In this document: in pieces, positions 12,276 through 25,095 of the stretch
Layout of the letters: the number at the start of each line of letters is the position of its first letter
Position numbering within the stretch: the stretch's first letter is position 1
Position numbers and translations under genes: made by a program
Origin: Camelus dromedarius
Lineage: Eukaryota
Direction of reading: 5' to 3'
Assembly (NCBI RefSeq): GCF_036321535.1
Contig: NC_087438.1
Coordinates: forward strand, 2,916,001-2,980,000
DNA: 64,000 bases
The notes under the pieces: generated by a model
The model's database searches: none
What the model saw: the letters and a program-made list of their open reading frames with translations, nothing else
Told to the model about the DNA's origin: nothing

Positions 12276-12914
12276 CTTATTTTCATAATCATCTTATTGC
12301 TGTGGTGTACACTCCTCATTCAAATTATAGCTTATTGTCCCCCTGTCCACATAATTTCTATTAGCTTTTTCCTGCTAAAATTTCACTGAAAAGGAGGACT
12401 GTGGATTATCCACCATTTTGTCTGCCGAAGCGTGACCTTGTTGCCTTTTGAGAGAATGCGTGGCTGTGTAACACGGCATGGCATGATAAGAGAGCTTCCC
12501 TACTGAAGAAATAAGTAAATCAAGACCCGACCACACGTGTCTGAGACACCACCCAGTCCTGAATCGGGATCGTGAGACTCACACATGCCAAATCATGTCC
12601 TGGGGGCTCCCTGGCAAGAACTGTAATTATCATCTGTCTATACCATAGGAGCTTTATTCCTTTAGTTAACACCTAACAAAAAGGGGATGAAGTCAGGTTT
12701 GGGGACAGTCATGGGCTCAAATATTTCTCAAAATTTCTCTTTCCTAAAGTTACATGGTTTGTTTCAGACTTGTCATTCAGAGTCTCTTCCCACTGACCGC
12801 CACGCATGACGATTGTGGGCGTAAACGCGCGTGAGTGTGTGACTGAGGATACGCAGTTGGGACCTGCTAGCAACAAGGAAGCGGTGTTGATTATTGGGGC
12901 AGAGCATGTCCCCA

Positions 12915-13406
12915 AATCGAGTAGCTTTTTCCTCCCCTGTAATCACCCCTCCCCCAAACTCACTGGCTTAAACAGTAATCATTGCTTCAGACCCATGTGT
13001 CTGAGCATTGTTTACAGAGGTTCGGCGCAGCTGTCGACTCTTCCATAGATCAGCCAGGCCTGGCATTTCCCTTCGGGTTTGGCTCAGGTCTGCAGCAAAT
13101 AGGTTCTTCCTGGGCACAGGCTGGGGGGTGGTGGTGGTAAATACCCAAGGGATGCTTTTCCTGTGATGAATGGTATTTTCTTGCATTGCCTCTAGAAATA
13201 TTCCCTTGGCCCATGTGAGTCTCATTGTCTGGGCACCAAACCAAGGACAGGGGAAGCATTCTCTGTCCACCATATTAACACTCACCTTGTTAATCCTTTG
13301 TGTTAGACCAGCACAAAACACATAGCAAAGCTCAGTATAAATGGGGCATGGAGGCTGAAGGGGTTGGAAGTGTGAATATTTCTGAACAATTACGCAATCA
13401 ACCACA
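12915..13406 (-). mobile_element. Old ERVL-MaLR LTR (MLT1H-L group)
   Basis: CCCCAAACTCACTGGCTTAAACA at one end and TGAATATTTCTGAACAAT..CAATCAACCACA at the other, typical of antisense MLT1. Confidence 0.7.
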
Positions 13407-14439
13407 TGCCCAAAGAGTAATGAATTGTTCAAATACTCAGCTTTGAGCATCAGAAAATGCAAGAAAAGTACCTATAAACCCAAAGGCTACTTTCTTTAGA
13501 GAGAGAGGATGTCTATGACAAAGTTAGACTATAATCTTACTCCTTTGATTTATTTTTTCATATATCTGAAGGCATACTGAATTCTATTCTGTATAACATA
13601 AAGAAGTTATAATTCCATATGATCCCTATTATTTCCCATTTATATTTCTCTTTTCTTGAATTTGAAAAGAAGATAATGTTCAATGGACTTGGGTTTTAAG
13701 TAAAGGGATTAGTTCTTCCGTAGCTAAATATTGAAGTAAATCCATTTGAATCTTGATTGAGACGTTCTGAAGGAGAGTAGGGAGTTGTATACCACAAGGA
13801 TGGATTAATGTAAATTGATTTGTCCGAGGTTATTTGTTTAGATAATGGAGGTAATAGAAGGAGGGCCCAAGGTCTCAGGAACTGATGCTCTGCGACATCC
13901 CATCCTGTCATCATGTTCAAAGCAGGTTCACATCAGGGCAACTCCATTTAGGCAGGGAAAATTCAATTAGGATCATATTGTGGACGGAGACTCCCAGTGG
14001 GACTGGAGAAGAAGCATGGGGTTCTCATTGTCTTAAACTAAATGCTGACAAATGACATTTTTGGCCTTGTTTTGGGGACCTTCCTGTGTGTGTTTTCTGT
14101 AATATTAATATAATAACGTTAATTAATCAAAGTGAGTTGTATTTTTATCATGTCTCATTCATATTTTTGCATATGTCTCTTCCTAGTTAGAAAATATTAT
14201 GAATTGTGTTTTTACTGTAGGTCCCTTTTTTAGCATCTCTTAGTATATGGATCCTTGTTTCTTGAATTGAGATATAGGTTTAACCATGTTGCCCCAAACC
14301 TAATGATGTACTTAGAAGTCTATTATAGTCGTGTGACTCTACATGGATAATAGTCCTGCTCTGTAATTTGATAAGTGAGAAAGTATTTTATCACACATAT
14401 GCTCACACATGTAATATCAATCATAGAGCAACAATTTAA

Positions 14440-14490
14440 ATATATATATGTATATAAATATATATATATACACACACACACACACATATA
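14440..14490. repeat. Compound (TA)n(CA)n microsatellite
   Basis: Directly visible. Confidence 0.95.
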
Positions 14491-15459
14491 TTTTCCAATT
14501 AGGTGCTTCTTGCAAATGGATTTCAATTCCCTATACTCTAAAATAGTTTGTGAAAAGTAAATAAAAATAGTCAAGCTGAAAGAATGAGGCACATTTTTCC
14601 CCACAATCTTTGGTTTTAGAGACCATGGTGGTTCTTTTGATTGTTTGTTTTGTTTTTCCTTCTCAGAGTAACAAATGGAATCATTGATTAAAACTTCAAA
14701 AACAAATAGAACCTCTAACAAATAGTATTCTGGAGACTTTCCATTTTGTTACTTTGACTCTCTATAAGTCACAATGAAATAATACTAAGGGACAATCTGA
14801 GCCTCTAAGGGACACGAAACACATAGAAGACCAAAACGCTTTCAAGGTGATTATTGAGATGGAGGAACAGGAGTGCACTGCTGCTCTGCTGGGATGCACG
14901 CAGCCCTCCCTGCAGAGGAGCCGCTGTCACCCAAGGCAGATTCTTATCCCCTACAAGGATTCCTGATAATTGCAGTAGTTTTCCACCAAGGGCAACCCAG
15001 CCCTCTTCTGTGCCCATTATCCTTCATTTAAGTGGATCAAAAACCAAGCTCAGATGGCAATCACGTGGTTAAGTGTAAACCAGAGCCAAAGTCCACCAAC
15101 CATCTTGAATATTTATAAGCTATTTCCAGCGACCAGAAGTAAAAAGTCCGAATGATAGCAAGACTGAAATTATGGAAATTTACAAGAACGATCAGAGTCG
15201 TCACCAGTACTGCTCCAGGAGGTGTCCTGGTGAAGCTGCTCTTGTGCCAGAAGTGTCTCTTTTTCCTGGTCCTTCTTTAACTTAAAAGGAAGGGATGTAA
15301 GTATGGTTTCCAAGGCAGCTGGGGGTAAATGACCATATCTTTGCCAACATCAGAAAACATTTTTCCTTCAGTCACTTACAATGTGCTGGAGTTTACTGTC
15401 AGCTGTAAATGCAAATACAGATTTATTCCTCCTAAACATCGGTAACATCAACATCCGCT

Positions 15460-15635
15460 TGGCCACGCTGCCCCGAGCATGCGCTCCCTGACACTGTGTG
15501 CGTGTGCACGTGAGTGCGTGAGCGTGAGTGCATTGTGTGTGTGTGTGTGCCCGCGCGTGTTTGCAGGCGGCTGTTTCCACTCTGTTCTGGAATATTGACT
15601 GGTCACTCTGCACCGAGCATGCGCTCCCTGACACT
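15460..15635. repeat. 36-bp direct repeat pair flanking a TG/CG-alternating tract
   Basis: 15460-15495 TGGCCACGCTGCCCCGAGCATGCGCTCCCTGACACT versus 15600-15635 TGGTCACTCTGCACCGAGCATGCGCTCCCTGACACT (33/36 identical). Confidence 0.92.
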
Positions 15636-18533
15636 TGCAGCCGTCTGTCCACATCAGGAACTCTTGGCAACATCCTCCTTGATGCCCTGCTGCTGCCCCC
15701 CCATGACGTGGAGGAAAGGGACTTTGGTATGACACCCTGTCTGTAAGCATCTCCCTTAATTCCTCACCCATAAGAAATCATGGGTCATGAAAACTTGCTG
15801 AAGGTCTGAGGGTAACTGGTGGGAATCACTGCAGTTCATTTTCTGGGTCTCCGGAATTTACAACCGTCTGTAGGTATGATGGCTTTTACGCCCTGCGCTG
15901 GACAGAGCCGGGCCTTCATCCTTGGCTCCTCCTGACCACAGTCCCCCTCTGGAAGCCACCGCGGAGAGATTTGTTAAAATTTCCCTTTGGGGAAGGGGCT
16001 TGGTCTCTGGTTAGAATCTTCCAGTCTAGCTCCGCTATTGAAGTTTCCCAAGAACTAACTGTTTCATTGACTATTGGATAAATATACGTTCAATAATATG
16101 TTGTGTCAGTGTGGCTGGTGAGACTAGATAATGGACCAGAGGAGGGAGAATAAAGAGTAGAATTAAAGATGATTCCTAGAATGTCAGCCTGAGCAGGTGA
16201 CGGGGTGCTGGTACCATTCACTGAGGAAGAATATAGCGTTGTTTTTCCTAAGGTCTGAGTTGCTTCAGGGAGGGGTGAAAAAACAGAGTAAGGAGAGGAT
16301 TGCAGCTGGGACTTGGACTTCTGAGTATCGCACAGCGGAAAGAGGAAGCCTGGCTGGTCTTCTTCCTCTTCCTTGATCCTGTAAGTTACATGTGAGGACC
16401 TCTGACGAGGGAGCTTGAACACTGTCATGTCTCCCAAGGACCAACGTTCATGATTACAAACAGTACATCTTAGCTTCTTATTAAGGGGGAGATCTTCGTC
16501 TTGCTGATCATTTTCAGCCGCAGAGACACTAAGAGAATCTCAAAACGACAGCTTTATTTTTTTGGTGCCTGAAGCCAGATGGTGTTCTTGTTCATGTATT
16601 TTTTTTTCTGTAATTCTCTCAGTAATCAAAAGGCAAGTAAAAGTTTATTTTCATGCAGTTCCCAGTGGTCAGAGATGGGGTAGGGCTGGTAATATTACAA
16701 TCATACTCAGCAAATGAGTCTCATAGGTGTTGCTCTAAGGAATTTCCAAAGCTCAGATGTTGGCAAAATACCTTAATCGTCGCACTCCACAGGCACAGCG
16801 ACTGTCTGAGTGTGTGCGAGGAGTGCCCGAGACAACTGAGCTGGAGCCTTTGAAACAGCCCTAATTTTCTGTTTCAAAACCAATAACTACGTGGGGTAGA
16901 AAACAATCATGATTAAAAGCAAGATTCACTCCAAGTATAGGAAGGGAGACCCAGCTTCACAGAAGCACCTGGGCACCTGAAAATGATGTAGGTTAGACGG
17001 TGGTTGGGTGCCCAGTCCATAGGAGTGCTTCTGGGATACGCCTGTTTTAATACTCTGCTGCCTTTGCAGGTGTTCTGTGAGTATCCTTTACTGCCTTGGG
17101 ATCATGCGTATCTATCTCTTTAAATCCTTTACAACTAGAGCATTCTATGTTGAATTGTTAGGGGATAGTCGCACAAATCACTACTTGGAAGATAATTTTT
17201 GCCTTTCTCCCTGGGAGTCTTGCAGGACCAAGCATTGTGATGAGGTTGACCTGGTATCTCATGGTCTGAAGGGTAAATAACCAGAGAGTTAGCATTTTGG
17301 ACCAAGTGGGCACTCCTATCACACAAATGCTTCATTTGTTTAACTTTCTTCACTATGGTTTTTAAAACCATAATAGGTTGGTTTTAAACACAGCAATTCT
17401 TTCAATGAATAAAATTGTCACAAATAGTACAAACATTACAGTTAGTAAACATTTTGAACACACCTTATTCTTAAGGAGGAAAACAACCTTTAACTTAACA
17501 AACTCCCACTGTTTTGAATAAAATGTTTAAATAACCAATTAGTCAGTGCTCATATTGCTAATGAACGTTAATGGATGAACTTTGGCTGTTGGAACCTTTA
17601 ATATAAACATCGAGTCGATTGCTCCCTTAAATTCTCTGATGCTAGTGTATTATCTTAGAAAGAATTCATGTTAGCTCATTGTTTTCCAGCAGATTTAGAT
17701 TTTCCCCTTCCCCCCTTTAAAATGCAATATAACCATATGAATTAATTGTAATATGTGCCTTTTGTTTTCACAGTTCTGATCATACCCCAGAGATAATGCC
17801 ACCTGGGTTTTCGTACAAGTTGGCAGCATTTTTATACCTTACCCACCCACTTCTAATACAGAAGGGTTTGCTACGTGTCATAAAATGCTCATTTGGTTTG
17901 ATTGTTCATCCCATATGATGTGGTGAACTTTGCAATGCCACCTGGATTGCTTTTGTTGACTTCCATTTCCAAAGATAATTCTGTACTGTAAAAACAAATG
18001 ATCCCAGAACATAATTCATGGAGCTTTAAAGACGAAATGCATAAGCAATTAGAAGACTCTAGATGTAAGGGGGTTAGGTTACATTCTACTTTTCAGCAGT
18101 CACGAGGGATCCACTCCCCTTTAATCCACTTTATCAAACAACCATCGTGATAATGGCATGAGCAGCGCAACACGCTATAGGTGTAGGTACTCACTGTTCG
18201 CAGTATACCACTGTTAAGGGCTTTCTTACCCGTCTTCCCGGAAGCTGCAGGCAGCTGGGCCGGGGCCGCAGCCACGGCTCAGGCAGCCTATGGAATTAAC
18301 CAGTGCAGTCCTGGAGGGAGAAAACCATCTCCACTTTGTGTTGAAACCCTAACTCTTGCTCATCTTGTCTTCTGGTTGGGGCCTTGAAGGTTAGGGGCCC
18401 AACCATACACCAACCGATGGGTCCACAGTGGGAAGCTCAGATAACTGGAACTTAAAAAAGGGAAACCTTCCAAGGCAAAAGCACACAACACTTTCTGTCA
18501 GACAGCAATTCCTTATACCGTAAGAGACACTGA

Positions 18534-19852
18534 TTTTTTTCTTTGCAAATTTTATTTTTTGCTTTATTGAGGCATAACTGACAAAATTATATATGTGTGT
18601 GTGGTTGTACATACATGTATGTATATTTAAGGTGTACAGCAAGATGCTTTGATATACACTGTGAGACGATCACAAGCAAATTAACAAATCAGTTTCTTTT
18701 TTTGTGTGTATGTGGTAAGAACACGTAGAAGCTACTCTCTCTTAGCAAACTTCAAGCATATCATACATTATTTATTGTCTGTTACAATCGCCTATAGTTA
18801 ACTGTAGTCGCCATGCTGCACAAGAGACCCCTGAACTTTTTTATACCGCTACACTTTGTGCCCTATGACCGCCTGCCCCGCCATCTTCCCCACCTTCCGC
18901 CCCTAGTAATCACTTTTCTGCCCTCTGGTTCTACGGATTCAACTATTTTAGACTCCACATTTGAGTGAGGTCATGCAGTATTCATCTTTCTGTGTCTAGT
19001 TTATCTCACTTAGCGTAATTTCCTCCAGGTTCGCCCATGTTATTGCAAATGCAGGATTTCTCCTATTTTTTAAGGCTGAATAATTATCTATTAATCTATC
19101 TATCTATCGATCTATCTATATCTATCTATCCTAAATCTTCTTTATCCATCCATCCATTCATTTAGAAATATTTAGGTTGATTCTATATCTTGGCTGTTGT
19201 AAATAATGCCTCAATGCATAGGGGGGTGCATATATCTCTTCAAAATGCTAACTTAATTCCCTTTGGATATATAACTTGAGGTGGATTGCTGGATCAATCC
19301 ATCTTTCCCATACAGTTTTCTGTAATGGCTGTATTTACAGTTCCACCAGCGGTGTGCAAAGGTTCCCTTTTCTCCGTATCCTTACCAGTGCTTGTTATCT
19401 TTCGTGTTTTTAGTAACAGCCATTCTAACAGGTGTGCGCTGGCATCTCACTGTGGTTTTGATTTGTATTTGCCTGATGATTAGTAGTGTTGAGCGTCTCT
19501 TCACGTGTCTATCGGCATTTTGTATGCCTTCTTTTGAGAAATGTCTGTTTGGATACTTGGCCTGTTTTTAATCAGGTTATTTGTTTTGTTTTGTTTCTGC
19601 TGTTTAATTGTTGAATTTCTTATGTTTTGGATATTAACTCCAAAGAGAGAGATAGAGACAGAGGGAATTTGCAAATATTTTCCCCTATTGTGTAGGCTGC
19701 CTTTTAAATCTTTTAGTTCTTTCCCTTGATTTGTAGAAGCTTTTAAGTTTTATGCAATGCTGCTTGTCCATTTTTATTTTTATTGCCAGTGATGTGGTGT
19801 CATATCCAAGAAATTGTTGCCCAAACCAATGTCAACAAGCTTTTTTTCCCTA
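18534..19852 (-). mobile_element. LINE-1 (L1MA-type) 3' segment: poly(A) remnant, 3'UTR and end of ORF2
   Basis: T-rich tail at ~18534, then GCTTTATTGAGGCATAACTGACAAAA, TACTCTCTTAGCAAA, GAGTGAGGTCATGCAGTATT and CATTCTAACAGGTGTG, all antisense L1 3' landmarks. Confidence 0.9.
19094..19130. repeat. (TATC)n microsatellite inside L1
   Basis: Directly visible. Confidence 0.9.
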
Positions 19853-20497
19853 ATTTTATTTACTTTAGCAACAAAAGCAATAAAATAATCAGGAACAGGC
19901 TTAACCAAGAGGCCAAAGGCCTAGGCGCTAAAAATTATAAAACATCAATGAAGGAAATTTGGAAAAACACAGATAAGTGGAAGCGCACCCCACCCCATGC
20001 TTGTGGAACGGAAGGATTCACATTGTTAAAATGTCTGTGCTGCCCAAAGTGGTCTATAGGTTACACACAATCCATTTCAAAAATCCCAATGCCATGATTT
20101 ACAGAAATAGACAAAAAATTCTAAAATTCACGTGAGACCATGAAAGACCTCAAATAGCTAAAGCAATCTTGAGCAAGAAGAACAAAGCTGGAGGCATCAC
20201 CCTTTCTGGTTTCACAAGGTAGCTTCGTATGGTACTAGCATAAACACAGACATGTAGACCAATGGGACGGAGCAGACGCCAGAAATAAAGTCACACAATT
20301 ATAGTCACCTGACTTGGACAAGGGTTCCAAGAACACGCAATGGGAACAAAATAGTCTATTCAATAAATGGTGCTGGGAAAACTGGATATCCACAGGCACA
20401 AGAATGACATTGGACCTCTGTCTCACAATATAAACAACAATCAACTCAAAAACAGGTTAAACGTTTAAACGAAATACCTGAAATGTAAAACTACAGG
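19853..20497 (+). mobile_element. LINE-1 ORF2 segment, the inverted 5' part of the same insertion
   Basis: ORF 19783..20097 contains NYKTSMKEI..NTDKWK and KIPM, which are ORF2p-like. DNA landmarks include AAAGCAATCTTGAGCAAGAAGAACAAAGCTGGAGGCATCAC and TTCAATAAATGGTGCTGGGAAAACTGG. Confidence 0.9.
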
Positions 20498-20514
20498 ACA
20501 TACTGATCTTAATG

Positions 20515-20660
20515 CTGAGTCATTCAGGGCTCACGCCAATTCTGTGGGTTAAGTACTCCCATGTTGCAAGAGAGAAAACTGAGGTGCAGAGGGTTGGTCC
20601 ATACTGAAGTCATGATTTGAGCTTAAGTGATCTGGGGACAGAATCTGAGTACTTGATCTC
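20515..20660 (-). mobile_element. MIR SINE remnant
   Basis: CCCATGTTGCAAGAGAGAAAACTGAGGTGCAGAGGG matches the antisense MIR core. Confidence 0.65.
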
Positions 20661-23149
20661 TTACGTACAGACACTCAAAGCATAATGGTATCAAAAGTCA
20701 ACTTCAGGAAATGAAGAAAGAACTTGGGAGCTTAGAAAATAAATTTCTTCATATTTCATATTAGGTAATAATAGAAATTGGCTTTTACACAAGAATAGAT
20801 CGTGCTTTCATTTTCCGATATTCAATGCAAGCATACACTGTATTGTTAGTGTATAGATTTCATCACACATATCCTGATAATGACTGATTAGAATGACAGG
20901 AGGAATTTGAATGTGACCCTTGGTCCAAGCAAGCATGTAAGTGTTTGGACAGCAGCCAAAATAGCTTCCAAATTTTAGAACCTGTTGAACAGGCAAGTGT
21001 GAGCTGTCATGAAAAAACTTTCTAGGTCATTTCATAAATACTTGTTTGGAAAATTACAGAGGAGTAGAGAATAATTAAAATCCAATTCATTACTAGATTT
21101 AACGAGCAGTATTGTCAATGAGTCTTACCTCTGTGAAATTGGCATAAAGAATTTGAAAATGCATTACTCTCACCATACAAGGCTTGTGTTAATATTCTGT
21201 GATTTGAAGAATGTCATGATGGCTCTTCATTTAGAATCAAAACGTCCAGGTAATGAAACAGTGCGATGGTCATAAAGTGTGAAGGTTAAGATGATTGGAC
21301 TTGTGATGTGGAGGTTGATTTAACAGGTTTCATTAACATGTCCCAGGAGTAGCACTAATTTGAGCTACAATCTTTTTACCAGCTGTCGGAATATTTCCTT
21401 GCAAGTTGTTGTGTAGGGTGCCCTCACTACATGTCTTCTTGAGTTGTTTTTTGTTGTTGTTGTTGTTTTTCCGTAATAGCTGCCACCCTGGTTGAGCCCA
21501 AGATTTACTGATCCTAGTGCTTTCTGTTTGTCACTGGCATGCAGATATGCATGTGGGAGGCCACCATGGTACCAGCTGGCTTTCAGCCTCCAGCCTGTAA
21601 GAGGACACTCCCAGCCAGCCAGTGCCTCTTGTTGCAATTGTGTATCTGTTTATTCAAAAGGAATGCATTTGTTACCCATGTGGACCTAGCATGGGATAAG
21701 CAGAGAAAGGCAAGGAATCCAGGGAACTTACATGACCAGGTTAAAGATAACTATTTAAATATTCAAATTCCTTAGTAGACATGAAGACAATGATGAGCTT
21801 ATAAAGAGTTCACCCACAGACACTCCTTCATCCAGGGAAGCACAGAGAGCTGCCCTGTTCTGTTCCTTTACTCTTTGAATATACTAGGACTCGGTGAAGG
21901 TTCCATAATTGAGTTATAGCCGTCACCCATATATTAGATTCCAGCCTGAGCCATGGCAAGTCTAAGTAATAGATTGAAAAATGCAATTATTGCTTACCTA
22001 CAGAATTCCTTTGCTTGAGAGGTAAGGCATATATATCAGAAAAGTTGTTGGTTTTTATTTTCCCCAGGCCTATTCAATAAATGAACATTACACCAGGATT
22101 CTTACACAGAGTATCTCTGAAATGGGTTTTGTATTGATTTTTGTAACTACCCTGTTAGATGACGTTATCCCTTAGTGTGTCAGGTTTAGACTGGTCCGCC
22201 CGGAGCAGGTCATTGAGGTGATAACTGTCATTTGGAGGGACAGAAAAGCAATCATAGCTTTTTCATTACTTACTGTTTTCCCCCTGCGAGTGTGGGATCA
22301 TTTGACATATTATGGCTTCTGTGATTTAAGCTGCATTCTGAAATTAAGTGCTGGAATATCACGCTGTGGGTTGAGAAAAATCAACTTGATGCCAAAGAGC
22401 TGCAGGCCCCCATGGGTCAAACATACCCACCATCCGCTCAAATTTCAAGAAAGATGGGTTGCTAACTATATAAATAAATATATACCTGTATCTGAAAAGG
22501 GTTGCATGCAAAGCAGAACCAATCCAGTCAATTACAATTCCTTCAGGTTTTTTTTTTTTTTTATAGCTATTCTGGGAAAACACTAAAAACGACAAAGCCA
22601 GTTTTATCACAAACATAGATTAAAAGCACATGCATTTAAAAAATCCTAATAGGTAATGGAAACAATTTTTAAATTGCATGCATTTTATGAAAAAACAGTT
22701 TTTCCTCACAATCATAGTCAGACAGTCCAACCTGAAGACATGAGGCAGAAAAAAAGACAAATAAATAGGAATGGAACATACTGAGCAACCACCGCTAGGA
22801 GCAACCAAGCAAAACAAGGGGTAAAGCAGCAGGCTACAAGGGAGTGGACTCGTTTAGAATGCTGCCAGCCTGTCCTTCCAGTGTCCACGTTGTGACCGCC
22901 GCAGGGTCCGCCCTAGCCCACCCTGCACTGGCCGCAGGAATCAGGAGGAGAGACTGTGAATGCTGCTCAGGCGGAGGGTGCTTCCCAGAAGCCACGTTAA
23001 GGACTCATATGAGCCACTACCTTGGGACGTCCCCTGGTTCCTTTTCCCAGAGAGCTCTGCATGACTTCCCTTTCATCCTACCCCTTGAGTCGGCTCCAAC
23101 AATTGTGATTTTTTTTAAAAAAGTAATGTTGAAAACTCACCTTATTTCT

Positions 23150-25095
23150 GGCAATACCCCAACTAAATGTGCTCACTTAAGTCATTCTCAACTTGAACTT
23201 TCCAAAATTATCCACTCCCTCAACCTGAGCTGACCTTCCACGGCAGCACTCATTCATTTCTCTCCCCTTCTGTGTCCACTTCCTGGTCTCTAGTTCCCAT
23301 TTAGTTCACCACAATCTTGTTTTTCATTTAACAAAGACCATCAATCCTTTGAAGCTTGAGAGGAAGTAAAAACACCCCCTTGTTAAATTAAATATCCTTC
23401 TTGTTGAATGCCCACTTCTCATTCACTTGGGTTTTCTCCAGTATTATACCAATTCCTCTCCTCTTGAACTTTCTTCTGTCATGTTGCCAACAATACGCTC
23501 TCCTGTTTCTCTTCTTATTTTTCTGGCCATTCTTTTAAAAATTGTTGCACAAACTGTATTTCTAATGTTGCCTTAAATATTGCATTAGTTATCTATTGAC
23601 TCATAACAAATGACCCCAAAACTTAGCAGCCCAAAATAGCACACATGTATAATCTTAACATATTGTGGGTCAGGCATCTGGGCACAACTTAACTAGGTTC
23701 CCTCCCTCAGAGTTTCTCACAAGGCTGAAATCAAGGTGTTGGTTGAATCTGAGGTCTCACCTGAAGGCTTAACTGGGGAAGAAGCTGTTTCCAACCAGGG
23801 ATGACTACTGGTTCTTCATCTTCTCGATGGCAATGGGACTGAGGGAAATCCAAGAAGGCAACAGGGCCGCCTGCTAGCAAGAAGATAGAAACAGCACGTT
23901 GTTACCTCATCAGAGATATGACATCCCTTCAACCGTGCCATCTTCTATTGGTTAGAAGCAAGTTGTACATGGAGGGGGCATTATTCAAGGCCACAGATGC
24001 CAGGAGAGGGACCATGGAGGTCACGCTAGAGATCACCTGTGGCAAATGCTGCTTCTTCTGCTGTTCTGAGCTAAATAGTTCTCTTTTCTTCAGGTATTCA
24101 GCTGTATTTAACTATGATCTGTATTCTCTGTTGAATCATACATTCATCATCCATTTAAATGTCGTCATCAGTTCTGGCTCCCTTTTTCTAAATCCATGCC
24201 AGCATCACCCCTTTTCAGTATCTCCAGGACTGAACATGTCATCAGCTTATTCCCTCCCACCCTTCAGGCTGCCACCACATACTTACAGGCCTCCTCTTAT
24301 TCCTGACAGTATATTTGCCATCTTGGTGACTTTGCAGCCAGTTCGTGAGACAAAAATAAGGACATCATTGACTGCTCTTTGTCATCTTCCTAACATAATC
24401 AGCAACTGGAAGTTCTAGTTCAAGAGCACCTCCGAATTCCATCTCTCACCTGGACACCCATTGGCACTCCTTGCTGTAGATCATATACTTTTCTGCCGTG
24501 TCTACTCAGGTGTCACTCTCCTTTGTCTCTAGTTTCCCTGCCCATATTATTGTTTTAACCCCAATGTCACTCTCAGAGGCAAACGTCATCATGTTGCTCT
24601 CCTGATTAAGACTCCTTCAGTAACATTCTGTATCATCTTGAGGGTGATGGCCAGACACCTTGACCGTGTTAACAGGACATTCACAGCCATGTTCTGTCCG
24701 TCTCTCTGGACTCATCTTCCCTCAAACCCCATCTCCCATGTCCCCCAGCTAAGAGGAACTACTTGCACTTTTCCAAAAGTTTGGAGTGGTTTAATGTATT
24801 TGCACGTGTATTTTTCACTTCCTGGGCCACTTGTCCCTTGCTAACTGCCTTTGTGGATTCTTTTTCTGGGCTGTTAAGCAGGCACCGCTTCCCCTTGTAT
24901 CCTGGATGTGCGTTTATCAGGGCATATAGGGAACTGTATCTCACACCACGATTGACAACAGGTCTGCTTTTTGGTTTGCCACACCTTGATGTACTTGTGG
25001 GAAGGTTTTATGTGTCACTTATGTCTCCATCCCAAATACTGAGCACATTTGATAGTATTAAATAGGCATTTCATTAGTTTTAATGGATTAATGAC
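23150..25095 (+). mobile_element. LINE-2 remnant interrupted by an MLT1 LTR
   Basis: Pyrimidine-rich L2-like sequence (CTCTCCTCTTGAAC, CTCTCCTGTTTCTCTTCTTA.TT.TCTGGCCATTC) resumes after 24044 and ends in an L2-like 3' end near 25090. Confidence 0.6.
23581..24044 (-). mobile_element. Solo ERVL-MaLR LTR (MLT1D-F group)
   Basis: TGCATTAGTTATCTATTG..CATAACAAATGACCCCAAAACTTAGCAGC...CTATTGGTTAGAAGCAAG...CA. Flanks AATAT / AATGC may be a decayed 5-bp TSD. Confidence 0.85.

Noticed and set aside
17354..17372. Short palindromes (TATGGTTTT-T-AAAACCATA; also AAGGAGAG-CATA-CTCTCCTT at 56391-56410)
   Set aside because: Stems of 8-9 bp are expected by chance in 64 kb, and intrinsic terminators do not apply to mammalian DNA.
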